Below are positions 1-9,577 of a stretch of DNA of 64,000 bases, piece by piece. This DNA comes from Chitinophaga pinensis (GTDB lineage Bacteria; Bacteroidota; Bacteroidia; NS11-12g; UBA955), in contig CAMAQS010000004.1 in assembly GCA_945860565.1 (NCBI GenBank), positions 1,594 to 65,593 of the forward strand, in the 5' to 3' direction. Positions within the stretch are counted from its first letter, which is position 1. Every line of letters begins with the position of its first letter. The position numbers and the translations under genes were made by a program. Under the pieces are notes generated by a model. The model worked only from the letters and a program-made list of their open reading frames with translations, was not told the DNA's origin and did not search any database.

Positions 1-1
1 A

Positions 2-97
2 CCATTTGTAGCTCCACCAGCAGCCGAGGTGCCAGTAGCACCCGCGGCGGCGGATTCTAGCAGTATAGTTAAAAAAGGTACAGTCGCAATAAAATAA
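2..97 (+). CDS. 3-prime end of a gene that starts before the window (tail ...AAADSSSIVKKGTVAIK*); by position possibly cytochrome c oxidase subunit II
   Basis: The frame is open from position 2 to TAA at 95-97, directly upstream of subunit I. Identity is inferred from gene order only. Confidence 0.35.
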   Translation, partial: PFVAPPAAEVPVAPAAADSSSIVKKGTVAIK

Positions 98-106
98 AAA
101 AAGGAT

Positions 107-2002
107 ATGGGAACAGCAGCTTTACACGCAGACCATCACGATCACCACGGCGATCATCAACACCACAAAGAGAGCTTCATAAGCAAATATGTGTTCTCGA
201 TGGACCATAAGATGATTTCTAAACAATTCTTGATTACAGGAATTATAATGGGGGTTATTGGAATGGGAATGTCAATGTTATTTCGTTTGCAATTGGCATG
301 GCCCGATGAGCAATTTGGAATTCTAGAAATGCTTTTAGGAAAATGGGCCGTAGACGGTAAATTAGACCCTAACTTTTACATGGGTTTGGTAACCATTCAC
401 GGAACAATCATGGTATTTTACGTCTTGACCGCTGGATTAAGTGGTACATTTAGTAACTTACTCATTCCATTACAGGTAGGTGCACGTGACATGGCTTCGC
501 CATTCATGAATATGTTGTCCTATTGGTTCTTTTTGGCCAGTTCGATAGTGTTATTAAGCAGTGTATTTATTGAAACTGGACCAGCATCTGGTGGATGGAC
601 CGTTTATCCTCCGTTGAGTGCCTTAGAAAAAGCAATGCCAGGATCTGGTTTGGGTATGACACTTTGGTTGTCTGCCATTGCACTTTTCATTATTTCATCT
701 TTGTTGGGTGGTATTAATTATATTTCTACAGTATTGAACATGCGTACCAAAGGAATGAGCATGAACCGCATGCCATTGACCATTTGGGCATTCTTCTTTA
801 CTGCAATTTTAGGTGTATTGTCTTTCCCAGTATTGTTGGGTGCTGCATTATTCTTGATATTTGACCGTTCTTTCGGTACCAGTTTTTATCTTTCTGATAT
901 TTATTTAGAGGGAGTTGGTGCCTTAGAAAACATTGGTGGTAGCCCTGTATTGTATCAGCATTTGTTCTGGTTCTTGGGTCACCCTGAGGTATACATTATC
1001 TTAATGCCTGCTTTGGGTATTACCTCTGAGGTAATTTCAACCAACGCACGTAAGCCAATCTTTGGTTATACTGCCATGATTATCTCTTTAATGGGTATTT
1101 CTTTCCTTTCATTTATCGTGTGGGGTCACCACATGTTTATTACAGGGATGAATCCATTCTTGGGATCGGTGTTCATGATTCTAACCTTAATCATTGCCGT
1201 TCCATCGGCGGTTAAGGCATTTAACTATCTCACCACGTTGTGGAAAGGAAATTTGCGTTTCACTCCAGCGATGTTGTTTTCTATCGGATTGGTTTCTTTC
1301 TTTATTTCTGGTGGTTTAACCGGTATATATTTAGGAAATGCTGCCATGGATATTCAATTGCACGATAGTTATTTTGTTGTAGCTCACTTCCACTTGGTAA
1401 TGGGTTCTGCGGCTATCTTTGGTATGTTTGCAGGTATTTACCACTGGTTCCCAAGAATGTACGGCAGAATGATGAATAAACCCTTGGGTTATTTCCACTT
1501 CTGGTTTACATTTGTTGCTGCGTATTTGGTGTTCTTCCCAATGCACTTCATGGGATTGGCGGGTGTTCCACGCCGTTATTACCAATTTACGTTGGTGAAA
1601 GAATTTGAAGTATGGATGGATGTGAATGTGCTTATTACTGTAGCCGCTTTGGTTGGCGGATTCGCACAGTTGTTCTTCCTATTTAACTTCTTCTACAGCA
1701 TTTTCAAAGGCAAAAAATCAGTACAAAACCCATGGCAAAGTAACTCCTTAGAGTGGAGTGCTCCAGTGGAAAGAATTCACGGAAACTGGCCTGGTGCTAT
1801 TCCTGAAGTATATCGTGGTCCTTACGAATATTCTCGTCCTGACCGCGAAGAGGATTTCTTCCCTCAATACATTGCCGACGACAACTCACCTGAAGTTCTA
1901 GTTCCTGAAGGCGAAACTGTAGTTCCTGCAGCAAAAGATCCTGAGGAAGTTGAATCAAGTGTATTCTTTGCAGCAATCAAACGCGTGTTTGGTTTAAGCT
2001 AA
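107..2002 (+). CDS. ctaD: cytochrome c oxidase subunit I (heme-copper oxidase)
   Basis: 631 aa polytopic membrane protein with hallmark motifs WFLGHPEVYIIL, GHHMF and VVAHFHLVM. Confidence 0.95.
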   Translation: MGTAALHADHHDHHGDHQHHKESFISKYVFSMDHKMISKQFLITGIIMGVIGMGMSMLFRLQLAWPDEQFGILEMLLGKWAVDGKLDPNFYMGLVTIHGTIMVFYVLTAGLSGTFSNLLIPLQVGARDMASPFMNMLSYWFFLASSIVLLSSVFIETGPASGGWTVYPPLSALEKAMPGSGLGMTLWLSAIALFIISSLLGGINYISTVLNMRTKGMSMNRMPLTIWAFFFTAILGVLSFPVLLGAALFLIFDRSFGTSFYLSDIYLEGVGALENIGGSPVLYQHLFWFLGHPEVYIILMPALGITSEVISTNARKPIFGYTAMIISLMGISFLSFIVWGHHMFITGMNPFLGSVFMILTLIIAVPSAVKAFNYLTTLWKGNLRFTPAMLFSIGLVSFFISGGLTGIYLGNAAMDIQLHDSYFVVAHFHLVMGSAAIFGMFAGIYHWFPRMYGRMMNKPLGYFHFWFTFVAAYLVFFPMHFMGLAGVPRRYYQFTLVKEFEVWMDVNVLITVAALVGGFAQLFFLFNFFYSIFKGKKSVQNPWQSNSLEWSAPVERIHGNWPGAIPEVYRGPYEYSRPDREEDFFPQYIADDNSPEVLVPEGETVVPAAKDPEEVESSVFFAAIKRVFGLS

Positions 2003-2003
2003 T

Positions 2004-3044
2004 ATGTCAGAAAACGGTTCACACCGGATTGCTATTATATACAGACGAATAGGTTTATTTACCTGTTCGTCTGTTTTTTTATTGTTCCTTTTTGGGGGAT
2101 TGGTGAGGGCTACAGGAAGTGGAATGGGATGTCCCGATTGGCCAAAGTGCTTCGGACAGTTGGCGCCGCCGTTCCACGAGAAGGATTTGCCCGCAAATTA
2201 TCAGCAGATATTTTTAGAAAAGCGAACAAAAAAGCTGAATCGCTTCCTTTCTACGTTAGAAAAACTGGGAATGCATGAAAAAGCCGTGGCCATTCGCGCC
2301 GAAAAGAGTGTGTATTTGCCCGAAGCGTTCGATCCCGTAAAAGCGTGGATTGAATACATAAATCGGTTGTTTGGGGTTTTGAGTGGATTGTTTGCAATAG
2401 CGTTCATTGGCATGGGAATCGTGTACCGTAAACAACTTGTGGGGACACGAATGTGGCTCATTATGGGCTTTATTTTTCTGCTTTTGAATGCGTGGTTGGG
2501 AAGTATTGTAGTGGCTACCAATTTGTTGCCCGGTATAGTATCCCTTCATTTTATGCTTTCATTTATTTGCCTTTTTGCCTTTATAAAAGCCATTAATGTG
2601 GTGGTTCCTGTGTTGAAACATCACCAGCAATCTGAAAAGAAATACTGGAATATATTGTGGTTGGCATTGTTTGTAGTGGTAATTTTGGGTACATGGTCGA
2701 GAGAACATATTGATCAACTTCGGGTTGCTGGGGAATTAATAGATACGGAATCCGGATGGATCAACATGGCGAAAATGGATGCGCTGTTTGCCATTCACCG
2801 CTATGTTCCCGGGTTGATATTGATTTTTGCCTTTTTAAGATTGAGGGCAGACAATAAGTCCTTTTTTGGCTGGTCGCAGCATTGGAATAAAATTGCCTGG
2901 TTGTGTGTGGCGCAAATTGCTTTTGGGGCAATTCACATTGTGTATGCAATACCGCAGTGGACACAAATTGCGCATGTAGTATTGGGAAGTGGTTTACTTA
3001 CATATAGTTATTTAATATTGAGTGCATACCGCACAGAAAAATGA
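2004..3044 (+). CDS. ctaA: heme A synthase (COX15/CtaA family)
   Basis: Multi-TM protein with the ATGSGMGCPDWPKC motif, sitting between cox subunit I and heme O synthase. Confidence 0.85.
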   Translation: MSENGSHRIAIIYRRIGLFTCSSVFLLFLFGGLVRATGSGMGCPDWPKCFGQLAPPFHEKDLPANYQQIFLEKRTKKLNRFLSTLEKLGMHEKAVAIRAEKSVYLPEAFDPVKAWIEYINRLFGVLSGLFAIAFIGMGIVYRKQLVGTRMWLIMGFIFLLLNAWLGSIVVATNLLPGIVSLHFMLSFICLFAFIKAINVVVPVLKHHQQSEKKYWNILWLALFVVVILGTWSREHIDQLRVAGELIDTESGWINMAKMDALFAIHRYVPGLILIFAFLRLRADNKSFFGWSQHWNKIAWLCVAQIAFGAIHIVYAIPQWTQIAHVVLGSGLLTYSYLILSAYRTEK

Positions 3045-3919
3045 AATCAACAATTAAGAATTATACGGAACTCATAAAGTTCAGATTAACGAGTACGGTG
3101 GTGGCAACGTCGAGTTTCGGCTTTATTTTGGCCTTAAAGCACTCTCACGGAAGTGAATGGACGTCAAATTTCAACTGGGTCTTGTTTTTGGGTGTTTTGT
3201 TTGGGGGGATGTTCATCGTTTTTGCAGCGAATGGCATGAACCAAATCATTGAAAAGGAAAACGACGGCAAAATGGGTCGTACTGCCAATCGTCCGATTGT
3301 GGAGGGAAGGATAAGCATCTCCGATGCCCGCATTTTCTGCTGGGTAACGGGCTTCTTGGGCTTGTTTGTAATGATACTTACGGGTGCTTCCTTTTTATCT
3401 ATTTTGTTGGCTTCCAGCAGTCTTATATTGTATGTATTTATTTACACACCAATGAAACAAGTAAGTCCCTTGGCTGTAATGGTGGGAGCCATTCCGGGGG
3501 CTTTGCCGCCATTAATTGGTTATACTGCGGTTATACCGAGGTTGGAAGAATTGGGATTGATGTTATTTATGGTTCAATTTTTTTGGCAGTTTCCGCATTT
3601 TTGGGCCATTGCTTGGTTGCTTCACGACGATTATCAAAAAGCAGGATATTGGTTGCTTCCATCGGGTGGGGGACGCGACAAGCGCAGTGCTTACCAGATA
3701 TTGATATACACGGTTTTATTGTCTATTGTAAGTTTAATGCCCTTGTTTTATAACATAGCAAGTTTAAAGGCAATTGTTGTAATTGTTCCCGTGTGCTTAT
3801 TCTTTTTATTTAAAGCGTACCGTTTGTTTAAAACATTGGAAATAAAAGATGCACGACAGCTTTTATTTACATCGTTTTTGTTCACTCCTGTTGTATTTTT
3901 GTGTTATATATTATTTTAA
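3041..3919 (+). CDS. cyoE: protoheme IX farnesyltransferase (heme O synthase, UbiA family)
   Basis: UbiA-type Asp-rich motif (NQIIEKENDGKMGRTANRP) and about 9 TM segments. It overlaps ctaA by 4 bp. Confidence 0.9.
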   Translation: MKSTIKNYTELIKFRLTSTVVATSSFGFILALKHSHGSEWTSNFNWVLFLGVLFGGMFIVFAANGMNQIIEKENDGKMGRTANRPIVEGRISISDARIFCWVTGFLGLFVMILTGASFLSILLASSSLILYVFIYTPMKQVSPLAVMVGAIPGALPPLIGYTAVIPRLEELGLMLFMVQFFWQFPHFWAIAWLLHDDYQKAGYWLLPSGGGRDKRSAYQILIYTVLLSIVSLMPLFYNIASLKAIVVIVPVCLFFLFKAYRLFKTLEIKDARQLLFTSFLFTPVVFLCYILF

Positions 3920-3922
3920 GTC

Positions 3923-4516
3923 ATGAAGTCAACCAAATATAAAGACCCACAACCCAATGTAGCACCTGCAAAATTAAATTTGTGGTTGTTTATAGTGGCC
4001 AGTAGCATGTTGTTTGCCGCTGTTGTAAGTGCATTTATTGTGCACCGTCCAGATGCACAAGGAAGACAGGCATGGACGGCCTTTGATCTTCCCATATATT
4101 TTCTATATTCTACGTTTATTGTTATTATTAGTTCTGTAACTGCATATTATGCATACAAAATGGCCAAACAAGACGAATTGGGCGCCAATAAATATTTTTT
4201 ACTGGGTACATTATTCTTGGGAGTACTGTTTTGTTTATCGCAGTATATGGGATGGCAGCAAATGGTTAATTTGGATTTGACCTTTGTGAATGCGCGTCCC
4301 GAAGACATTTCAGCTTCTTATGTTTGGGTAATCACCTTGTTGCATTTTGTGCATATTTTAGGTGGAATTGGCCTTATATTCGCAACTTGGATCCAAGCAA
4401 TCCGACTAAATGTGCATAAAAAAAGCATGTTATTGATGTCAATAACACACACTTATTGGCATTTTGTTGGGTTATTGTGGATTTTGTTATATTTATTCCT
4501 TTATTTCGCACAGTAG
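3923..4516 (+). CDS. heme-copper oxidase subunit III family protein (short form)
   Basis: 197 aa, 5 TM segments, with the C-terminal HxxxH/WHFVGLLW pattern typical of subunit III. Confidence 0.75.
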   Translation: MKSTKYKDPQPNVAPAKLNLWLFIVASSMLFAAVVSAFIVHRPDAQGRQAWTAFDLPIYFLYSTFIVIISSVTAYYAYKMAKQDELGANKYFLLGTLFLGVLFCLSQYMGWQQMVNLDLTFVNARPEDISASYVWVITLLHFVHILGGIGLIFATWIQAIRLNVHKKSMLLMSITHTYWHFVGLLWILLYLFLYFAQ

Positions 4517-4525
4517 ATTTACCCA

Positions 4526-5290
4526 ATGGCAAACCAAATTCAAACAACGTATGAGAACCAACCCATGTGGGCTGGAGGACGTTCACCGTTCAACGTGAGT
4601 TATGGCAAACTGATGATGTGGATTTTCCTCTTATCAGATGCATTCACCTTCTCTAGTCTTTTAGTTCAGTATGGAGCACAGCGCTTTAGTAATGTTCAAA
4701 CAGCAGTAACATCTAAATGGCCTGATCCAGCGTCTATTTTTAATCACTTTCCAATGATGCATGGATTGCACTTACCATTGCTGTTTGTGAGTGTTATGAC
4801 GTTTATTTTGATTCTAAGTTCTGTTACAATGGTATTGGCTGTTGAAGCTGGTCACCGTAATAGTAAAAAAGAAGTTCAACGTTATATGATTTATACCATT
4901 TTAGGTGGTGCAGCATTTTTAGGTTGCCAAGCTTGGGAGTGGTATACGTTCATTCACGAAGGTGCCAGACTCGATGGAAATACTTTTGGTATTACCAAAG
5001 AAGGTTACAGTCACTTAAAAAGTGTTGGTTTTGGTGATCATTTCGAATGGGAGGCTGGTGACAGATCAAATGGACCTGTACCATTTGCCGCTTTGTTTTT
5101 TATTGTAACAGGGTTCCACGGGTTCCACGTATTCTCGGGAGTAGTAATCAATGTTGTAGTTTATATTATGACGGTGAGAGGCGTATTTGAACGTCGTGGT
5201 CACTACGAAATGATTGAAAAAGCTGGTCTTTATTGGCACTTTGTAGACTTGGTTTGGGTGTTTGTATTTACTTTCTTCTATCTAATCTAA
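4526..5290 (+). CDS. cytochrome c oxidase subunit III
   Basis: 254 aa with motifs TGFHGFHV and YWHFVDLVWVFVF. Confidence 0.85.
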   Translation: MANQIQTTYENQPMWAGGRSPFNVSYGKLMMWIFLLSDAFTFSSLLVQYGAQRFSNVQTAVTSKWPDPASIFNHFPMMHGLHLPLLFVSVMTFILILSSVTMVLAVEAGHRNSKKEVQRYMIYTILGGAAFLGCQAWEWYTFIHEGARLDGNTFGITKEGYSHLKSVGFGDHFEWEAGDRSNGPVPFAALFFIVTGFHGFHVFSGVVINVVVYIMTVRGVFERRGHYEMIEKAGLYWHFVDLVWVFVFTFFYLI

Positions 5291-5304
5291 TTTAATACAT
5301 AATT

Positions 5305-5643
5305 ATGGAATTTTATACTAAACCAGGAGATTACGATCCAATTAACTACATTCCACATGGCGAAAGTCATGGTACCAAAGAACTTTGGCGCACTTTTTGG
5401 ATCTTGTTGGGGATCACCATTTTCGACTTTATCATTTATTTCGTTATGCCCGCATCTGGTTACCGAAATTTGATTTTTATATTTTTTGGAATTGTTAAAG
5501 CCTATTTCATTGTTGGTGCCTTTATGCACTTGAAATATGAAAAGATTAATCTTGCTTTAATAATTTTGGTGCCAACAGTATTTATTGTTGGGCTAATTAT
5601 GGGATTATTGTACGAAGGCAGTGCACTCAGTCACATTAAGTAA
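5305..5643 (+). CDS. cytochrome c oxidase subunit IV family small membrane protein
   Basis: 112 aa with 3 TM segments, in the position after the subunit III genes. Confidence 0.7.
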   Translation: MEFYTKPGDYDPINYIPHGESHGTKELWRTFWILLGITIFDFIIYFVMPASGYRNLIFIFFGIVKAYFIVGAFMHLKYEKINLALIILVPTVFIVGLIMGLLYEGSALSHIK

Positions 5644-5645
5644 AA

Positions 5646-6329
5646 ATGAGTTTTAAGAAATCTAAATATATTAAAGTGGCCGCTTTCGCGGCCCTTATTA
5701 TTTTACCTGCTTTGGGAATTTTCTTTTTTGGTAACCTATCTTGGGTTCACAAAGAATTACCCATACTTGGTGAAACAGTTCAGAATCCTGACGGAACAAA
5801 AGAATACCACACTATTTCCGATATTGTATTAATTAATCAGCATGGAAAAAAAATCAGTTTGACGGATTTTGATTCGAGTATTTTGTTGGTCAATATTTTC
5901 TTTGCAACTTGTCCGCAGGTGTGTCCCGAAATGAACAAACAAATACAATCTGTGGCCGAAGGATATATCCGTGAAGAAAATATTCGTTTCTTGACCGTTA
6001 CAATTGATCCTGAATCGGATTCAGTACCGGTATTGGCAAAGTATGCCCAAGCTTACACTGCAGATTTAAATAAACGTACGTTTGCTACCGGAAACAAGAA
6101 AGAAATCTACGATTGGGTATTCAACGATTTATTGTTGGCTACAGAACAAAGGGGTTCTAATTTCATTCACGACGATAAAGTGGTAATTATTGACATGAAT
6201 CACAGAATTAGGTCCATTCTTCCAACAAGAGGCAAAACAAATACGGAGCGTTTGGAGTTAATTAGACATATTAAAGATGACATCGAAAATTTAAAGTATG
6301 AATACAGAAAACAAGCAATGGATAAGTGA
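5646..6329 (+). CDS. SCO1/SenC family copper chaperone (thioredoxin fold)
   Basis: N-terminal TM anchor, CPQVCP (CxxxC) motif and a downstream His, within the oxidase cluster. Confidence 0.85.
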   Translation: MSFKKSKYIKVAAFAALIILPALGIFFFGNLSWVHKELPILGETVQNPDGTKEYHTISDIVLINQHGKKISLTDFDSSILLVNIFFATCPQVCPEMNKQIQSVAEGYIREENIRFLTVTIDPESDSVPVLAKYAQAYTADLNKRTFATGNKKEIYDWVFNDLLLATEQRGSNFIHDDKVVIIDMNHRIRSILPTRGKTNTERLELIRHIKDDIENLKYEYRKQAMDK

Positions 6330-6852
6330 TAAAGGGTTCTTTTGGTTGGTTTTGGGAATTTCCATGGCCGTGCCAGCAGTGGTGACTTTATTGCGCTTTC
6401 TTCCAGATACCTATAGAATTAGTTCAGATTTTGCATATCAATTGCCAAAGTTAAATGCAATCATCAATTCGTTGGTTTCTATTTGTTTGGTTTTTGGGTT
6501 GTACGCCATTCGTGTAAAAAAGAACAGAGCATCCCACCAAAAATTTATGTTGGCCGCGTTTATTTTGTCAACTGTTTTCTTGGTAAGTTATGTGACCTAT
6601 CATTTTTCGGTATCACATCAGCCATATTGTAAAGAGGGTTTACAAAAAACCATTTATTTAATCATTTTGGCATCACATATTTTGTTGGCAGCCATTATCC
6701 TTCCAATGGTTCTGTATACCATTTATTTTAGCACCACAGGGAATTTGGTAAAACACCGCAAATTGGCAAAATTCACTTTTCCACTGTGGTTGTATGTGTC
6801 TGTAACTGGAGTTGTCGTATATTTGATGTTATCACCTTGTTTACAGCATTAA
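6298..6852 (+). CDS. DUF420 family membrane protein
   Basis: About 180 aa with 4-5 TM segments, in its usual position next to SCO1 in cox clusters. The start is uncertain: it overlaps SCO1 by 32 bp, and an alternative Met lies at 6364. Confidence 0.65.
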   Translation: MNTENKQWISDKGFFWLVLGISMAVPAVVTLLRFLPDTYRISSDFAYQLPKLNAIINSLVSICLVFGLYAIRVKKNRASHQKFMLAAFILSTVFLVSYVTYHFSVSHQPYCKEGLQKTIYLIILASHILLAAIILPMVLYTIYFSTTGNLVKHRKLAKFTFPLWLYVSVTGVVVYLMLSPCLQH

Positions 6853-6853
6853 T

Positions 6854-7093
6854 ATGAAAAAAGTCATCGTTTCAACAGTATTTCTCGCACTAATGGTAAC
6901 TGCGGCTTTTGCTCAGTGTCCAATGTGTAAAGCCTCTTTAACAAGTGGTCGCAAAAGCAAAAACAAGTTTGAGCGCAATGTGGGAGATGGAATCAATTCA
7001 GGAATACTTTTTTTGATGTCTGTACCTTATGTTTTGGTTGCAGGAGCAGGTTTTGCATTTTATAAAACGGCATTGAAGAAAAAAGCTAAATAG
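6854..7093 (+). CDS. small membrane protein, unknown function
   Basis: 79 aa with a signal/TM segment, a CPMC motif, a second TM segment and a Lys-rich tail. It is tightly packed in the operon. Confidence 0.5.
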   Translation: MKKVIVSTVFLALMVTAAFAQCPMCKASLTSGRKSKNKFERNVGDGINSGILFLMSVPYVLVAGAGFAFYKTALKKKAK

Positions 7094-7095
7094 TC

Positions 7096-7482
7096 ATGGA
7101 CGAAACACCAAAGAAGGCTGGTGTACTTGCATTTTTTGCATCTAAATGTCCGCGCTGTGGAAAAGGCAAGGTTTTTAAAAATTCAATTCTTTCATTTCGT
7201 AGTTTTTCGGATACACTAGAGGCGTGTCCAAATTGTAAATTGAATTACGAGCCGGAGACGGGTTTCTTTTTTGGCGCTATGTACTGGACTTACGCAATAT
7301 TGGTGGGTTGTATTATCAGTTTGAGTGTTGTGATCTATTTATTGGGATTTTTTGAATATGCACTTTACATTATTCCGGCTTTATTGATATTGATATTGCC
7401 TTGGGTATTCCGTTTTGGCCGTTTACTCATGTTGTATGTTGTTTATCCTTTGATGTATAAGGATAAATTTTACGGTAAATAA
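7096..7482 (+). CDS. DUF983-like zinc-ribbon membrane protein
   Basis: CPRCG...CPNC zinc ribbon followed by 2 TM segments. Confidence 0.65.
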   Translation: MDETPKKAGVLAFFASKCPRCGKGKVFKNSILSFRSFSDTLEACPNCKLNYEPETGFFFGAMYWTYAILVGCIISLSVVIYLLGFFEYALYIIPALLILILPWVFRFGRLLMLYVVYPLMYKDKFYGK

Positions 7483-7530
7483 ATTCTGCTATTAATTCGA
7501 GGGGCTTTAAAATAAAAGCACCAAACCATC

Positions 7531-7614
7531 CCGGGGCTTCGAGAGCCTCAGCCACCTGTATTTTGTCTCAGCCCCGGTATTCTGCAGCAGCCCTGGTATT
7601 TTGCTGTAGAATTA
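7531..7614. repeat. GC-rich intergenic repeat modules: cttcga..tcagccacc followed by tandem cagcccYggtattYtgc units
   Basis: Tandem units lie at 7569-7587 and 7588-7609. Related modules recur at 22401-22460, partly inverted. Confidence 0.45.
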
Positions 7615-7629
7615 CATTGATAGCAAAAA

Positions 7630-7656
7630 AAATCCCCCGCAGAATGCGGGGGATTT
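7630..7656 (-). terminator. hairpin terminator (aaatcccccgca-gaa-tgcgggggattt) for the minus-strand gene 7684-8157
   Basis: Perfect 12-bp stem. On the minus strand it is followed by a T8 run, and it lies 28 bp past the stop codon. Confidence 0.65.
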
Positions 7657-7683
7657 ACTATAAGGGTTAGAAGTATAAAAAGA

Positions 7684-8157
7684 TTATTTACCTAGTCTGT
7701 AGAAAGTAACCATGTAACCAACTTTTGCGTCACCACGGAAAGTTAATTGAACATCTACTTTATCTTGCATGCCAGTTTCTTTTTTCAATTGGTTGAACAT
7801 TACTTCTTTCATGAAGAAACATCCTTGGTAATCAGGCTCTTCAATGAAATCAACATCTAATTTTTGGTAACCTTTAGGAGGATTGCAACGAACTACAGCA
7901 GTCCCAGCACCGCTAGCACCTGGAGCACCATGTGATGGTCCAGCAGGTCCAGCTTGAACACCAGCACCACCTGGAGCAACAGTTCCAGTAGTAGAAGTAA
8001 TATTTGTCATGTTCAATTGAACATTTTTAACGGTAACAGTTCTTCCGTTGAAGCGCGCAGGATTAGAAGCGAAGATTGCACCAGAAATTGCTTGTTGAGC
8101 GAAGGTAGATCCTACCACGATGAAAGCCAAAGCGAAAAGAGTAGTGATTTTTTTCAT
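7684..8157 (-). CDS. secreted hypothetical protein with a Gly/Ala/Pro-rich central tract
   Basis: Signal peptide MKKITTLFALAFIVVGSTFAQ. 157 aa with no recognisable family. Confidence 0.55.
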   Translation of the reverse strand: MKKITTLFALAFIVVGSTFAQQAISGAIFASNPARFNGRTVTVKNVQLNMTNITSTTGTVAPGGAGVQAGPAGPSHGAPGASGAGTAVVRCNPPKGYQKLDVDFIEEPDYQGCFFMKEVMFNQLKKETGMQDKVDVQLTFRGDAKVGYMVTFYRLGK

Positions 8158-8256
8158 GTTGTTTTAGTTTAGTATTGTTTGATAGGTATATTACAAATGC
8201 TGTGCCAAACTCTAAAAAATTGTGAAAAATGAAAAGATATCCAATCGATGTAAGTA

Positions 8257-8414
8257 TCGGGGCTGAAGATTTTCAGCCCTTACAACATGCTGCACTTACA
8301 ATTTTCTGCCCGTACTAAAGGACGCAGCCCTCATACTCATCTTTTTGTTGTCTTTTTCTTCTTTGACAATCAAAGCAATGTTTCGGGGCTGAAAATTTTC
8401 AGCCCTTACAACAT
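8257..8414. repeat. two direct copies of a 32-nt hairpin-containing repeat (tcggggctgaaRattttcagcccttacaacat)
   Basis: The copies lie at 8257-8288 and 8383-8414 and differ at 1 nt. Each contains the palindrome gggctgaa..ttcagccc. Confidence 0.8.
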
Positions 8415-8454
8415 TCAGCCCGAACGTACCTTGATAAAACGATATAATTATGGG

Positions 8455-9507
8455 TTATGCATTTTCTTCAGGAGTGGTGTCTACTTCTACCACTTGAACT
8501 CCATCTTGACTCTTGGCTATGATTTTAGATTCAATTTCAGCAAGAAGTTCAGGATTGTCTTCCAGTAAAGATTTTACAGAATCTCTACCTTGACCTAATT
8601 TTGTGCTTTCGTAACTAAACCAACTGCCACTTTTTTGAACAATGTTTGCTTCAACTGCAATGTCTAATACTTCACCAACGCGACTAATTCCTTTGCCATA
8701 CATAATGTCGAATTCAACAACACGGAATGGTGGGGCTACTTTGTTTTTAGCTACTTTAACTTTGGTTCTGTTACCAATGATTTCATCACCATCTTTTATC
8801 TGGGCATTTCTTCTAATGTCCAAACGGATAGATGCATAAAATTTAAGTGCATTACCACCTGTAGTGGTTTCTGGGTTGCCAAACATCACACCAATTTTCT
8901 CTCTTAATTGGTTGATAAAAATTGCAACACAGCCTGTTTTATTAATGGTACCTGTAAGTTTTCTTAAAGCTTGACTCATTAAACGGGCATGTAGACCCAT
9001 TTTACTGTCGCCCATATCGCCTTCAATTTCAGCTCTTGGAACCAATGCAGCAACGGAGTCAATTACCAAAACATCAATTGCGCCCGAGCGAATTAGGTTG
9101 TCTGCTATTTCTAATGCTTGCTCTCCATCGTCTGGTTGGGAGATAAGTAAATTGGCAGTATCTATTCCCAATTTTTGTGCATAGAATTTATCAAATGCAT
9201 GTTCTGCATCAATAAATGCACAAATGCCGCCTTTTTTCTGAGCTTGTGCAATGGTATGTAGTGCAATTGTCGTTTTACCAGAACTTTCTGGTCCGTAAAT
9301 TTCTACAATTCTACCTCTTGGAAAACCACCAACACCCAATGCAATGTCTAATCCGAAAGATCCTGTAGAAATAACATCTATATTCACTTTCTTATTGTCA
9401 TCCATTCTCATGACAATGCCCTTTCCATAAGATTTCTCTAATCTTTCAATGGTTTGTTGCAGGGCTTTTAATTTTTCTTTTTGTTCACTCATAGTTGTAT
9501 TTATCAA
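8455..9507 (-). CDS. recA: recombinase RecA
   Basis: Walker A motif GPESSGKTT and a full-length RecA-like sequence (350 aa). The start could instead be the Met at 9492. Confidence 0.97.
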   Translation of the reverse strand: MINTTMSEQKEKLKALQQTIERLEKSYGKGIVMRMDDNKKVNIDVISTGSFGLDIALGVGGFPRGRIVEIYGPESSGKTTIALHTIAQAQKKGGICAFIDAEHAFDKFYAQKLGIDTANLLISQPDDGEQALEIADNLIRSGAIDVLVIDSVAALVPRAEIEGDMGDSKMGLHARLMSQALRKLTGTINKTGCVAIFINQLREKIGVMFGNPETTTGGNALKFYASIRLDIRRNAQIKDGDEIIGNRTKVKVAKNKVAPPFRVVEFDIMYGKGISRVGEVLDIAVEANIVQKSGSWFSYESTKLGQGRDSVKSLLEDNPELLAEIESKIIAKSQDGVQVVEVDTTPEENA

Positions 9508-9577
9508 AAATATTAAACGTTTCTTTTTTAGAATATGTTTTCAAAATTATGGAATTGAAAATATATTTACCAAAATT

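Noticed and set aside
4514-4528. The two subunit III-like genes are in the same frame, separated only by TAG + 3 codons (a possible split gene or read-through)
   Set aside because: A short and a long subunit III-like gene in tandem is the usual layout of this type of oxidase cluster. Each has its own Met and a complete TM topology. The shared frame is expected by chance in 1 of 3 cases.
8287-8568. 93-aa plus-strand ORF
   Set aside because: It runs through the intergenic hairpin repeats and then antisense into the recA 3-prime end. It is low-complexity and gives no support for coding.
9449-9577. N-terminal extension of the RadC ORF; similar extensions exist for PorX (15266-15415), TsaE (13716-13751), TPK (15326-15382), bestrophin (45380-45463) and the 28523 ORF
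   Set aside because: The extensions overlap neighbouring genes or promoters and add non-homologous residues. Internal ATGs give proteins of canonical length, for example the receiver domain starting MKPQILWADDE.
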